Shown here in pieces: positions 17,028-28,253 of a stretch of DNA of 64,000 bases. The stretch covers positions 3,040,001-3,104,000 of the forward strand of contig CBDBCY010000004.1 in the NCBI GenBank assembly GCA_965203555.1, in the 5' to 3' direction. This stretch comes from Acidimicrobiia bacterium. Its GTDB lineage: Bacteria; Actinomycetota; Acidimicrobiia; Spongiisociales; ZC4RG35. Position numbers and translations under genes: made by a program. How positions within the stretch are numbered: position 1 is the first letter of the stretch; every line of letters begins with the position of its first letter. The notes under the pieces were generated by a model. That model did no database searches, was not told the origin of the DNA, and saw only the letters and a list, made by a program, of their open reading frames with translations.

Positions 17028-18200
17028 ATGCAGATTATGAGACTTCCCGCTCTTGGAGAGACCATGGAGATGGGCACCATCGTCGCTTGGCACAAGGCCG
17101 AAGGAGAGAGGGTGGCGGTGGGCGACGCTCTCTATGAGGTGGAGAACGAAAAAAGCGCCATCGTGGTGGAGGCGATGGGCCCCGGAATCCTGGCCAAGAT
17201 CATTGCTCCCGTCTCCGCCGAAGTCCGGGTGGGCGAGGCGGTGGCGGTGATGGCCGAGGTGGGAAGCTCGCCAACTGCGGAGGAGATCGCCCGACTGCTC
17301 GCCGGGGAGACCGGCGCCGCCGCGTCCGCTCCTGCGGCGGCGCCTGCACCCGCCCTCCAGCCGCAGAAAAGGGAGAAGGCGGGGAAAGAGCGTATCAGGG
17401 CCATGCCCAAGGCCCGGGCCCTGGCCAGGAGCATGGGGGTCGATCTGGCCGCTGTCCGGGGGACCGGACGGGCAGGGATCATCACCCCCGACGACGTGGA
17501 GGCGGCCGCAGCCGCCGCGCCTTCCGGTCCGAAGGTCGCGGAGCGCCGACCCCTGCGGGGATACCCGAGGGCAATGGCTGCCGCCATGGCCCGCAACTGG
17601 ACGGAGATACCGCACTTTTCGCAGACCCTGCTGGTTTCGGCAGGCGCCCTGATCGCCCGGCGCAAAGCGCTTCAGGCAGACGGGATGCAGGTCTCCCTCA
17701 ACGATCTGATGGTGGCGGCGGTGGCCCAGGCCTGCGTCGAGGTGCCGCAGGTCAATGCCGCCCTATCGGGGAAGTCGGTAACCGTCTACGGCGAGGTGAA
17801 CGTGGCGGTGGGTGTGGACACCCGGCACGGGCTGGCCGCTCCGGTGGTGCACGGCGCCGACCGGCTGGGGCTGGAGGAGCTTGCGGCGGAGATACGCCGC
17901 CTCGCCGAAGCAGCCCGGCGCCGGAAACTCACTTTTGAGGACATCGGGGGCGCCACCATCACCACCTCCAATCTGGGTCCGGGAGGAGTGGACTTCGGCA
18001 CCCCGATCATCAGTTTGAACACCGCGGCCACCATCTACTTCGGCACGGTGGCAGACCGCCCCATAGTGGTGGACGGACAGGTAGTGGCCGCGCCCACATG
18101 CCATGTGTCAGGCGCCTTCGATCACCGGGTGGTCGACGGAGCCACCGGTGCCCGTTTCCTCCGTACCCTGGGCGCCATCCTGGAATCGGACCGGATGTAG
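17028..18200 (+). CDS. Dihydrolipoamide acyltransferase (E2)
   Basis: Lipoyl domain (EVENEKS), E3-binding GTGRAGII, catalytic DHRVVDG. Confidence 0.92.
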   Translation: MQIMRLPALGETMEMGTIVAWHKAEGERVAVGDALYEVENEKSAIVVEAMGPGILAKIIAPVSAEVRVGEAVAVMAEVGSSPTAEEIARLLAGETGAAASAPAAAPAPALQPQKREKAGKERIRAMPKARALARSMGVDLAAVRGTGRAGIITPDDVEAAAAAAPSGPKVAERRPLRGYPRAMAAAMARNWTEIPHFSQTLLVSAGALIARRKALQADGMQVSLNDLMVAAVAQACVEVPQVNAALSGKSVTVYGEVNVAVGVDTRHGLAAPVVHGADRLGLEELAAEIRRLAEAARRRKLTFEDIGGATITTSNLGPGGVDFGTPIISLNTAATIYFGTVADRPIVVDGQVVAAPTCHVSGAFDHRVVDGATGARFLRTLGAILESDRM

Positions 18201-18502
18201 CCCCATTGCCCATGTCATGCCCACCGGGTCCGCGAAAAGCAACACTGACTCGCGAAATGCCGGGCGGCGGATATGTCCGATGGGCCCACCCCCGCCGCCT
18301 CCTCCGTCGGGTCGAAACGCGCTCCGCCGGCCCTGCCGGAGGGTTGCGTTTCGAGAGAATATGACCTCATGTGAGCCGTCGGGCGCGGTCCGGGCGACGT
18401 CGGAACGGACCGGAGGTATTCGACACTGTCACTATGTCATGGTCCTGCGACAAAAGTCAACCCCTCATCGACGGTTTTTTCGTGGCCGAGCCTGAGCCCT
18501 CC

Positions 18503-20128
18503 ATGACTCCCGGCCGGTTGAGGGACCCGACCGTTCTGGCCGCGAACCTGCTGCGCCGGGCCGTGCTGGGAGATATGCTCCGGCGGCAGGCGGCTCGGCA
18601 GGGGGACAAAGCGGCGGTGATCGCCCGGTCCGGTGATGGTCGCCGCAGCGAGGTGACCTACCGGGAACTGGACCGGTATTCCAACCGGGTAGCCAATGGG
18701 CTTTCCAACCTGGATGTGGGACGGGGGGACCGGGTGGCTGTAATGAGCCGCAACTCCGCCGAGTATGTGGGCGTCTATTTCGGAATCCTCAAACAGGGGG
18801 CGGTGTTCACTCCCCTTAACCCCTCCTATACACCTTCGGAAGTGGCCCGCCAGGTTGATCATTGCACCCCTCGGGTAGTTGTCGCCGGCCCCGGGATGGC
18901 CGAACGGGCCCGGAAGGGAGTGGCGAAGGCTCGGGCCGCTCCCCGGCTGGTGGTGACGGGCAACGAGGCCACCGCGGGTGAGGTCACCCTGGCCAAGATG
19001 CTGGAAGGGGCATCCGCCCGGATGCCGGAGGCGTTGGTGGAGGAGTCCGACCTGGCGATGGTGATGTACACCAGTGGGACCGAGAGCGTCCCCAAGGGGG
19101 TAATGGTGACTCACCGGGCGATGATGATCTCCACCACCCCCTCGTGGATCTACGAGGGCTACGTGGAAGCCTCCGATGTATTCCTGCTGCTCGCTCCGGT
19201 CTACACGATGGCCGGGACGGGGACGGTCACCAACCTGATATCGGTGGGGGCGACCCTGGTGATGATTCCCTACACCGAAGCAGGGGCGGTGCTGGAGGCT
19301 GTCGAGACCGAGAGGGTGACCAACACCTCGCAGACCCCTACCTTCTACCACCGCATGATCAGGCATCCCGACTTTGCGGTGCGAGATCTCTCCTCGCTCC
19401 GCCAGGCGCATGTCTACGGCGGCCCCATCCCCTTCGAGGCGGTGTCCAGGCTCCGTAGGCGGGCCCCCGACGTGATGTGGGCCACCTACTGGGGCCAGTC
19501 GGAACTTAGCCAATTGGGGATCATGGGGTTTTTCCGGGACGTCGACGGGGTTCCCGACCGGGACCCGCGCTGGATCGGGAAGGCCGCTCCCCATGTCGAG
19601 ATCCGGGTGGTGGACTCCGAAGGGGACGACACCGAGGTGGGGGAGTTGCTGTGCCGTTCCCCGGGTGTGATGATGGGGTACTACCGCAATCCCGAAGCCA
19701 CCGCCGCGGTGCTGCGGGGCGGGTGGCTGCATACCGGGGACCTGGTCCGGCTCGATCCGGACGGCAACCTGTTCTTTTACGACCGCTTGAAGGACATGAT
19801 CAAGACGGGAGGGATGAACGTCTCCTCCGCCGAGGTGGAGGAGACCGTGAAAGGCCATCCGGACGTGGCTGAAGCGGCAGTCGTCGGGATCTCGCACCCC
19901 GAGTGGAGCGAGGCGGTGACCGCGGCGGTGGTGCTGGGAGAGGGTGGTCGGGTCAGCGAGGCGGAGTTGATCGAGTACTGCCGCCGGCGGTTGGCGGGTT
20001 ACAAGACCCCCAAGCGAGTAGAGTTTGTCTCGGATTTGCCGATTGACCCCCAAGGAAAGGTGCGGAAACGCAGGCTGCGGGAGATACTGGGAGATCAGCG
20101 CTTTCTCGGCCCGGGAAGAGATAGATGA
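18503..20128 (+). CDS. AMP-dependent acyl-CoA synthetase
   Basis: YTSGTESVPKG, GWLHTGD, RLKDMIKTGG, GKVRK. Confidence 0.92.
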   Translation: MTPGRLRDPTVLAANLLRRAVLGDMLRRQAARQGDKAAVIARSGDGRRSEVTYRELDRYSNRVANGLSNLDVGRGDRVAVMSRNSAEYVGVYFGILKQGAVFTPLNPSYTPSEVARQVDHCTPRVVVAGPGMAERARKGVAKARAAPRLVVTGNEATAGEVTLAKMLEGASARMPEALVEESDLAMVMYTSGTESVPKGVMVTHRAMMISTTPSWIYEGYVEASDVFLLLAPVYTMAGTGTVTNLISVGATLVMIPYTEAGAVLEAVETERVTNTSQTPTFYHRMIRHPDFAVRDLSSLRQAHVYGGPIPFEAVSRLRRRAPDVMWATYWGQSELSQLGIMGFFRDVDGVPDRDPRWIGKAAPHVEIRVVDSEGDDTEVGELLCRSPGVMMGYYRNPEATAAVLRGGWLHTGDLVRLDPDGNLFFYDRLKDMIKTGGMNVSSAEVEETVKGHPDVAEAAVVGISHPEWSEAVTAAVVLGEGGRVSEAELIEYCRRRLAGYKTPKRVEFVSDLPIDPQGKVRKRRLREILGDQRFLGPGRDR

Positions 20129-21147
20129 CGACCAACGGACGCCGGCCGCTGCTGGAGGCAGGAGGGCTGCACAAGCACTTCCCGATGACCGGCGCGCTGG
20201 GATTTGGCGGTAAAGGGGTGGTCAAAGCGGTCAACGGCATAGATCTGGAGTTGTGGCCGGGGGAAACCTTGGGCGTGGTGGGAGAGTCGGGTTGCGGGAA
20301 AACCACCCTGGCTCGACTGCTGTTGCTATTGGAGACCCCCACCGAAGGCCGGATTCTCTTTCGGGGTGAGGAGGTGAGCATCCGGCAAAAGGACCTGGCA
20401 GAGTACCGCCGCAACGTACAAGTGGTGTTCCAGGACCCCTTCTCGTCGCTGTCGCCCCGGATGAGGGTTCGGGAGATCATCGCCGAACCCATCCGCGCGG
20501 CCGGCGGGATGGGCAAGCGGGAGACCACCGACCGGGTCGGTGAGGTCATGAGCCAGGTCGGACTCGACTACCAGGCTCATTCCGGTCTTTATCCCCACGA
20601 ATTCAGCGGCGGCCAGCGACAGCGGATCGCCATCGCCCGGGCTCTGGCGCCCAGCCCCAAGGTGGTGATTCTGGACGAACCGGTCTCCGCGCTGGATGTC
20701 TCGATCCGCGCCCAGGTCATGAATCTTCTCGCCGACCTGCAGGAAACATTCGACTTGGCCTACCTGCTCATCTCTCACGACCTCAGCGGGGTTGCCCACC
20801 TCTCCGACCGGGTGATGGTGATGTACCTGGGCAAAGTAATCGAACTGGCCGGCGCCGAGTCGCTGTTCACCACCCCCGCCCATCCCTACACGGAGGCATT
20901 GCTGTCGGCGGTCCCTCCGGCCCATCCTGACGTGGAGAGCCAGGAGATCATCCTGGAAGGAGAAGTGCCCAGTCCGATCGATCCCCCGAGCGGGTGCACG
21001 TTCCATCCCCGCTGCCCCTACGTCTTGCAGCGTTGCGCCGACCTCTTCCCCGAACACGGCGAATTGGAACCCGGCCACGGGGTTTCCTGCCATCTGTATC
21101 CGGGGTCGGGCACCCGGTCGTGGCAACAGGTTGCCGTCGGGAACTGA
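20125..21147 (+). CDS. Oligopeptide/dipeptide-type ABC ATP-binding protein (OppF-like)
   Basis: GESGCGKT, FSGGQRQR, HPYT, C-terminal Cys motif. Confidence 0.93.
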   Translation: MTTNGRRPLLEAGGLHKHFPMTGALGFGGKGVVKAVNGIDLELWPGETLGVVGESGCGKTTLARLLLLLETPTEGRILFRGEEVSIRQKDLAEYRRNVQVVFQDPFSSLSPRMRVREIIAEPIRAAGGMGKRETTDRVGEVMSQVGLDYQAHSGLYPHEFSGGQRQRIAIARALAPSPKVVILDEPVSALDVSIRAQVMNLLADLQETFDLAYLLISHDLSGVAHLSDRVMVMYLGKVIELAGAESLFTTPAHPYTEALLSAVPPAHPDVESQEIILEGEVPSPIDPPSGCTFHPRCPYVLQRCADLFPEHGELEPGHGVSCHLYPGSGTRSWQQVAVGN

Positions 21148-21154
21148 TCGCCCG

Positions 21155-22132
21155 ATGGAGTTCGGAGTCAGTATCCCCAACTTTCGGGGCGCCGCCCATG
21201 TGGGGACCTTCCGTCGGGTAGCCGAGGCCGCGGAAGAGGCGGGTCTGGACGATGTCTGGATCGGGGATCACATCGTGCTGGCCCGAAACATCACCTCCCC
21301 TCACCCCTACGGGGGCACCAAGGGGATGACCGGTTCCCGGCCGTGGAGCGAGGTGGGGATCAAGGATATGAAGCCCAGCGACCCGGTGTACGAACCGCTC
21401 ACCCTGCTGGGCTTTCTGTCCGCGCTCACCGACCGGATCCGGCTGGCGCTTGGCACCCTGGTGGTGCCGTTGCGGCATCCGGTGGTGGCGGCCAAGATGC
21501 TTTCCACCCTCGACGTGCTCTGTGGTGGACGGCTGATCCTGGGAGTGGGAGTGGGTTGGATCCCCGAGGAGTACGCGGCGGTCAACGCCTCCTGGGAGGA
21601 CAGGGGAGCGGTGACCGACGAGTATCTGGATGTGATGACGGCATTGTGGCGGGAGGACCATCCCGGTTTCGAGGGGCGCTTTTACAGTCTCCCACCTGAC
21701 ATTTGCTTCTATCCCAAACCGGTGCAGAGAACCATCCCCATCTGGGTGGGGGGCAACAGCCTCCCCGCTCGGAGGCGGGCGGCCAGGGTGGGAACAGGAT
21801 GGCACGGGGCGTTCGTTCTCCCTGAAGGGATACCGAGAATCCGGGAAGACATCGTCCGAAGGCTGGAGGGGTACGGTCGGAGTGCGGAGGGGTTCGTCTA
21901 CTCCAACCGCGTGAACCTGCTGGTGACCGACCGTTCCGATCCCGACCATCCCTGCCGGGGCTCGGTGGAGCGGATCGTCGATTCGATGGAGAGGTATGCC
22001 CAGGCGGGGACCACCCATTTGCAGATCGCCACCCCGCCCGGCCCGCGGACCGAGGACATATTGCAGCAGTTGGAACTGTTCGTCACGCAGATACGCCCCC
22101 GCCTCTCCTGGGAGCGAGACGGCGGGGCATGA
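21155..22132 (+). CDS. LLM-class (probably F420-dependent) oxidoreductase
   Basis: DVWIGDH, RHPVVAAK, GGRLILGVGVGW, PIWVGG. Confidence 0.9.
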   Translation: MEFGVSIPNFRGAAHVGTFRRVAEAAEEAGLDDVWIGDHIVLARNITSPHPYGGTKGMTGSRPWSEVGIKDMKPSDPVYEPLTLLGFLSALTDRIRLALGTLVVPLRHPVVAAKMLSTLDVLCGGRLILGVGVGWIPEEYAAVNASWEDRGAVTDEYLDVMTALWREDHPGFEGRFYSLPPDICFYPKPVQRTIPIWVGGNSLPARRRAARVGTGWHGAFVLPEGIPRIREDIVRRLEGYGRSAEGFVYSNRVNLLVTDRSDPDHPCRGSVERIVDSMERYAQAGTTHLQIATPPGPRTEDILQQLELFVTQIRPRLSWERDGGA

Positions 22133-23013
22133 ACTACCGGGAGATCTTCTCCGAACTCTCCAATCAGGGCCGGTGGGGTGCCGACGACGAGCGGGGCACC
22201 CTCAATTACATAACCCCCGCCAAGGTCAAGGAGGCGCTGGCGCTGGTGCGTTCCGGTCGGGTGGTCTCGATCGGCAGGGACCTGGACACCGTCTCGGGAC
22301 CTTCCAATCCCCGGCCGGTGGTGCATCAACTGCTGTATGCCGGACATGAGGCCGAGTCGACCATGGACTTTGTGGGGATCGCCCCACACGGGTTCTCGGT
22401 CACCCATCTGGATGCGGTGGGACATGTCTATTTCGAAGGCGAGATGTACAACGGCCGCCGGGCGGCCGAGGAGGTGGATCGTTTCGGGATGCGGTTCGGG
22501 TCGATAGAAGCGATGGCGGAAGGAGTGGTGACCAGGGGAGTGCTGCTGGATGTGGCGTCGGCGATGGGAGTGGATTATCTGGATCCGACTGTGGTGATCG
22601 GCCCGGCCGAGTTGGAAGCCGCCGAGGATTATTGGGGATTGGAGGCCGGGGAAGGAGACGCGGTGCTGGTGCGTTCGGGCCGGATGGTCCACGAGGGTGG
22701 GAGCGATCCTCCCCAACCGGGTGAGCGGGCCGGGTTGAACATAGAGGCGATCCGGTGGCTGCATGAAAGGCAAGTGGCGGTGTACGGGGGAGACTGTATA
22801 GAAAAGCTCCCATCTCCCTATCCCGGTCTTCATCTTCCTCTTCATTCGCTGGGCTTGGCAGGGATGGGCCTGGCGCTTTTGGACTGGCCGGACGCCGAGG
22901 TGCTGCGATCGACCTGTCTGGCTGAAGGAAGAGCGGAGTTCGTGCTGATGATGGCGCCGCTGCGTCTGCGGGGCGGCACGGGATCGGCGGTCAACCCCCT
23001 GTGCATATTTTGA
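22129..23013 (+). CDS. Cyclase-family (kynurenine formamidase-like) metallohydrolase
   Basis: WGADDERGTLN, HGFSVTHLDAVGH, GGTGSAVNP. Confidence 0.9.
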   Translation: MNYREIFSELSNQGRWGADDERGTLNYITPAKVKEALALVRSGRVVSIGRDLDTVSGPSNPRPVVHQLLYAGHEAESTMDFVGIAPHGFSVTHLDAVGHVYFEGEMYNGRRAAEEVDRFGMRFGSIEAMAEGVVTRGVLLDVASAMGVDYLDPTVVIGPAELEAAEDYWGLEAGEGDAVLVRSGRMVHEGGSDPPQPGERAGLNIEAIRWLHERQVAVYGGDCIEKLPSPYPGLHLPLHSLGLAGMGLALLDWPDAEVLRSTCLAEGRAEFVLMMAPLRLRGGTGSAVNPLCIF

Positions 23014-23109
23014 CCCGGCCATGACCTTCACCCTGCCTGCTCCGGTCCGATCCTATAGTCTTGAGAGAGTTGCCAGGCGCTCGGACAACTACGGGAAGGC
23101 GTTGCAGCG

Positions 23110-24033
23110 ATGAGACAATTCATCTTGAGAAGGCTGATCCAGGCAGTGGTCTCCATATTCGTGTTGATCACCGTGGTGTTCTTTCTGGTCAGGCTCACCG
23201 GAGATCCCGTGGAGCGCATGGTTCCCATCCAGGTGACCGAGGAGATGGCCAACGAGTTGCGTCGCGCCTACGGATTGGACAAGCCGCTCATCGTTCAATA
23301 CGGGCTGTTCATGAGGGGCCTGCCGCAGGGCGACTTCGGCCAATCGCTTTACTTCCGAGGTCGCACCGTCCAGGAACTTCTCTGGCTTCGCATCCCGGCC
23401 AGTCTTCAATTGGCGTCCGTCTCCATGCTGGTGGCTTTGCTGATCGCTTTGCCCATGGGGGTGTACTCCGCCAAGTACCGGGGGAGGTGGGGCGACTACG
23501 CGGGTCGGATTTTCTCCATACTGGGTGGGGCGGCGCCTTCCTTCCTGGTGGGTCTGGCCATGCTGCGTCTGTTCGCTGTCCAATGGCAGATTTTTCCCAC
23601 CGGAGGCAGGGAGGAAGCGCTCTCGATAGTGTTGCCCACCTTCACCCTGGGGTGGTTCGTGTCGGCGGGGATAATGCGACTGACCCGCTCATCCATGCTG
23701 GAGTCTTTGTACGGCGAATTCGTCAAGCTGGCCCGCATCAAGGGGGTGCGGGAGTCGGTGGTGGTGTGGAAACACGCTTTCAAGAACGCCGCCCTGCCGG
23801 TGATCACCTACTCGACGGTCATCTTCGCCGCCGTGCTGGGAGGGGCGATCGTGACCGAGTACGTGTTTGCCTGGCCGGGACTGGGGAGCCTGCTGATCAG
23901 GGCGGTCATCCAGCGTGACTTCCCGGTCATCCAGGGAGCGGTGATCCTGATCGGGGTTGCCTACGTCATCGCCAATTTCCTCGCCGACCTGGCCTACGCC
24001 TGGGTCAATCCCAAGATCCGGTACGAGCAATGA
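23110..24033 (+). CDS. ABC permease (OppB/DppB-like)
   Basis: GDFGQS, TRSSML..ARIKG..KHAFKNA. Confidence 0.92.
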   Translation: MRQFILRRLIQAVVSIFVLITVVFFLVRLTGDPVERMVPIQVTEEMANELRRAYGLDKPLIVQYGLFMRGLPQGDFGQSLYFRGRTVQELLWLRIPASLQLASVSMLVALLIALPMGVYSAKYRGRWGDYAGRIFSILGGAAPSFLVGLAMLRLFAVQWQIFPTGGREEALSIVLPTFTLGWFVSAGIMRLTRSSMLESLYGEFVKLARIKGVRESVVVWKHAFKNAALPVITYSTVIFAAVLGGAIVTEYVFAWPGLGSLLIRAVIQRDFPVIQGAVILIGVAYVIANFLADLAYAWVNPKIRYEQ

Positions 24034-24929
24034 CCGGCACGGAATCCGGCGCAGGATCACCGGAGGGAGGCAAGGTCCGGGTGAAGAGCAGAGGGGCCTC
24101 CGGCACTACCCGGTTCCCCTACGTCTCGGCGGCGGTGCTGGGGTTGGTGCTTCTGATCGCAATTTTCGCTCCTTTGCTCGCTCCCCACGATCCGGAAGTG
24201 GGCCGGCTATCCAACAAACTGATCCCTCCCCTGTGGCAGGAAGGCGGCACCAGCGATTTCCCGTTGGGCACTGACACCTTGGGCCGCGACATCTTCACCC
24301 GCATCCTCTACGGAACCAGGATTTCTCTCATGGTGGCGGTGCTGGCCACCGGACTGGCGGGCGTGCTGGGGACGATCGTGGGTCTGATAGCCGGCTTTTA
24401 CCGGGGATGGACGGAGACCATCCTGATGAGATTGACCGATATCACCCTGGCGTTTCCCCTGATGTTGATGGCCATCGTGCTGGTTTCCGTGCTGGGCGCC
24501 AGCCTCACCAACGTGCTCATGGTGATTGTCTTCCTGTTATGGCCCTACTACGCGCGCCAGATCCGGGGGGAGGCGCTGGCGGTGAGCGAGCAGGACTTCG
24601 TCGACCTGGCCCGGGTGGCGGGCGTCTCCAACCGCCGAATCCTGTGGAGACACATCCTGCCCAATGTCATGCCCAGCATCGGGGTGCTGGCCACCTTGCA
24701 GGTGGCTTTGATCATCCTGCTGGAGGCTTCACTGAGTTTTCTGGGAGTGGGGATTCCGCCTCCCACTCCTGCCTGGGGTCTGATGGTGGCCGACGGGCGG
24801 GACCTGCTCGGTCGGGCCTGGTGGGTTTCGATCATCCCCGGCATAGCCATCTTCGCCGTGGTGCTGGCCGCCAACCTGTTCGGCGACTGGGTGCGGGACC
24901 GCTTCGATCCCAAACTCCGGCAGATATAG
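24030..24929 (+). CDS. ABC permease (OppC/DppC-like)
   Basis: LGTDTLGRD, HILPN, SLSFLGVG. Confidence 0.92.
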   Translation: MTGTESGAGSPEGGKVRVKSRGASGTTRFPYVSAAVLGLVLLIAIFAPLLAPHDPEVGRLSNKLIPPLWQEGGTSDFPLGTDTLGRDIFTRILYGTRISLMVAVLATGLAGVLGTIVGLIAGFYRGWTETILMRLTDITLAFPLMLMAIVLVSVLGASLTNVLMVIVFLLWPYYARQIRGEALAVSEQDFVDLARVAGVSNRRILWRHILPNVMPSIGVLATLQVALIILLEASLSFLGVGIPPPTPAWGLMVADGRDLLGRAWWVSIIPGIAIFAVVLAANLFGDWVRDRFDPKLRQI

Positions 24930-24931
24930 CT

Positions 24932-25936
<1,005 letters not shown>

Positions 25937-25972
25937 GGGATCCTTCTGCGGACCTTTCCGGAGACACTGGCG

Positions 25973-27085
25973 ATGGGGCCGGCGGAGCGCAGGCTCCGGT
26001 CAGAGGTCCGCGCTTGGATCGCCGCCAACGATCCCGGTCCGCCGCCTTCCGGATACACCGATCGCATCGAGGCTCTGGTCCGGTGGCAGGCCGCTTTGTG
26101 CGAAGCCGGATTCATGGGACTCTCCTGGCCGGTCCGATACGGGGGAAGGGGAATGTCGCTGGCCGCCGAAGCGGTGCTGGCCGAAGAGCTGGCCCGAAGC
26201 GGCGCGGCGGAGATCATCAACCGGTTGGCGCTGTACACCTGGGGTCCCACCCTGATGGACATGGGCGAATCCGAGCAGATGCGCCGTTTCCTTCCCGGCA
26301 TGCTGGACGCATCCGAACTGTGGTGCCAGGGCTTTTCCGAACCGGGCGCCGGGTCGGATCTGGCCGGAGTGCGGACCAAAGCAGTGCTCGACGGCGAGGA
26401 ACTGGTGATCACCGGCCAGAAAGTGTGGACTTCTCGCGCCGAGTTGTCCACCTACAACGCCCTGCTGGTGAGAACCGACGGCGAGCCTGGGCAACACCGG
26501 GGGCTCACCCTGGTGATGACGCCCATGAAAAGCGACGGGATCACCATCCGCCCCCTTCCCCAGATGCTCGGGGAGCCCCACTTCAGCGAGGTGTTCTTCG
26601 ATGAGGTCCGGGTTCCGGTCGCCAACGTGCTGGGCGGGCTTAACCAGGGATGGCGGGTGTCTATGAAAGCCATGGGCTACGAGCGGGGAATCTTCGTGCT
26701 GGAGCGCTCGATCCGCCTGAGGCGAAGGCTGGCGGAACTGGCGGATCGGGCTTCGCAGCAAGGAGAGTTGGATCGAGCCGCCCTGGCCGGGATCGGTCGC
26801 GTTCACGCTTCGTTGGAGATGCTCACCGCCCAGGCGTACCGGACCCTTGCCCACCAACAGGCGGGGACGCTGGTGCCGGGGTCCACTTCGGTGGACAAGC
26901 TCTATCTGGCCGAGGTATACCAGGACCTGTTCTCCACCGCGGTGGAGATCCTGGGTGCGGAGGTGACTCTCCGGGACGACGGTTGGACCCACGACCTGCT
27001 GGAGTCCCGCTCGGTCAGCATCTACTCGGGGACCTCGGAGATCCAAAAGAACGTGATCTCCGGGCGCCTGCTGGGATTGCGATGA
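25973..27085 (+). CDS. Acyl-CoA dehydrogenase (catalytic-type subunit)
   Basis: WCQGFSEPGAGSDLA, GQKVWTS, IYSGTSEIQKN. Confidence 0.92.
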   Translation: MGPAERRLRSEVRAWIAANDPGPPPSGYTDRIEALVRWQAALCEAGFMGLSWPVRYGGRGMSLAAEAVLAEELARSGAAEIINRLALYTWGPTLMDMGESEQMRRFLPGMLDASELWCQGFSEPGAGSDLAGVRTKAVLDGEELVITGQKVWTSRAELSTYNALLVRTDGEPGQHRGLTLVMTPMKSDGITIRPLPQMLGEPHFSEVFFDEVRVPVANVLGGLNQGWRVSMKAMGYERGIFVLERSIRLRRRLAELADRASQQGELDRAALAGIGRVHASLEMLTAQAYRTLAHQQAGTLVPGSTSVDKLYLAEVYQDLFSTAVEILGAEVTLRDDGWTHDLLESRSVSIYSGTSEIQKNVISGRLLGLR

Positions 27086-28107
27086 GCGAGTTGGCCGTCG
27101 CCTTCGACCAGGCCCTGGAGGAGTTGCTCCCGTTCTCCGCCGCCCTGGACCGGGCCGGTGGGGACCGCTCGGCGCCCGCCGGGATACGGGAGGAGATACT
27201 GGGCATGGGCTGGAACGGGCTGAAGGCGCCCGAACAGGCCGGTGGCCTGGGGTTGGAGATGGGAGAGGTGATCGAGCTGTGCGCGGTGGCCGGTCGGCGC
27301 CTGCTGCCGGTGGCTCTGTTGGATGAAGCGTTGCTCCTGGCGCCCGCCCTGGGAGCGGCGGGGAGTCCCGCCTCCGAAGAAGTGGTGGCGGGAAGGGTAG
27401 CCGGTGGCGGCGGGTACGTCACCGACAGTACGGTGAGTTGGGATTCGGAAGGCAGGCTCTCGGTTTCCGGGGTGGGGGTGAGGCTGTCGCCGAATGCCCG
27501 ATTGGTCGGGCTCGCTCATCCCGAGTGGACGGCGGTGATGGGGTTGGATGCTCCCGGAGTCCGATTGGAGCGAGCCGACGCCTTGGACCGGGGCCAGGGC
27601 GTCCACCTGCTCTCTGCGGAAGCCGTGAAACCCGAAGTGGTGCTGGAGGGATGGATGAACGGCGGGCAAGCGGCCGCCGGCTGGCTGGCCGGACTGCTGG
27701 CCGACCTGGTGGGAGGCGCCGACCGGGTCCTGTCGATGTCGGTTTCCCACGCCCGGGCCAGGGAGCAGTTCGGACGGCCGTTGATTCGCTTCCAAGCGGT
27801 GACGCACCTTCTGGCGGACATGAAAGCCCGCCTGGAGCTAATGCGCTCGGCAGTGGCCCGCCTTGCCTTCTTGATGGAAGAAGAGGCCCTTGACACCTCT
27901 TTTCTGGCCGCCCTGCTCTGGTCGGTGCCCGCCTACGCCCGGGAGGTGTGCGAGTCGGCCATCCAGGTGCACGGAGGCATAGGATTCACCTGGGAATACG
28001 GTCTCCACCTCTACTATCGCCGCATCCTCTCCCTGCAGTCCATGCTGGGCGGGGCCCTGGACACTGCGACTACTGCCGGACGAGCCTATCTGAGTTCCAG
28101 CCGCTAA
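27082..28107 (+). CDS. Acyl-CoA dehydrogenase (partner subunit)
   Basis: REQFGRPL..FQAV, QVHGGIGFTWE; ATGA-coupled to the preceding ACAD. Confidence 0.88.
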   Translation: MSELAVAFDQALEELLPFSAALDRAGGDRSAPAGIREEILGMGWNGLKAPEQAGGLGLEMGEVIELCAVAGRRLLPVALLDEALLLAPALGAAGSPASEEVVAGRVAGGGGYVTDSTVSWDSEGRLSVSGVGVRLSPNARLVGLAHPEWTAVMGLDAPGVRLERADALDRGQGVHLLSAEAVKPEVVLEGWMNGGQAAAGWLAGLLADLVGGADRVLSMSVSHARAREQFGRPLIRFQAVTHLLADMKARLELMRSAVARLAFLMEEEALDTSFLAALLWSVPAYAREVCESAIQVHGGIGFTWEYGLHLYYRRILSLQSMLGGALDTATTAGRAYLSSSR

Positions 28108-28128
28108 GGGACAGGAACACCGACTATC

Positions 28129-28204
28129 GGCGAGGAAAGGTAGCGGTTATGAGAGATAGTAGTATTGATGAGAAAAAGTAGTGTTGGCGAGGGAAGGTAG
28201 GATT
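28129..28204. repeat. Four degenerate 19-bp tandem repeats upstream of the DUF4143 ATPase
   Basis: Units at 28129, 28148, 28167 and 28186 share GAG-N5-GTAG. Confidence 0.7.
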
Positions 28205-28253
28205 CATTCAGGGAGCATCATTCGACTATCTGCCGCGTATCGCGGATGAAGAT

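Noticed and set aside
18201-18500. MITE or riboswitch in a 300-bp gap (hairpin TCGAAACGC..GCGTTTCGA; ATGTCATG at both ends)
   Set aside because: Terminal repeats are too short and imperfect, there is no TSD, and no second copy was seen
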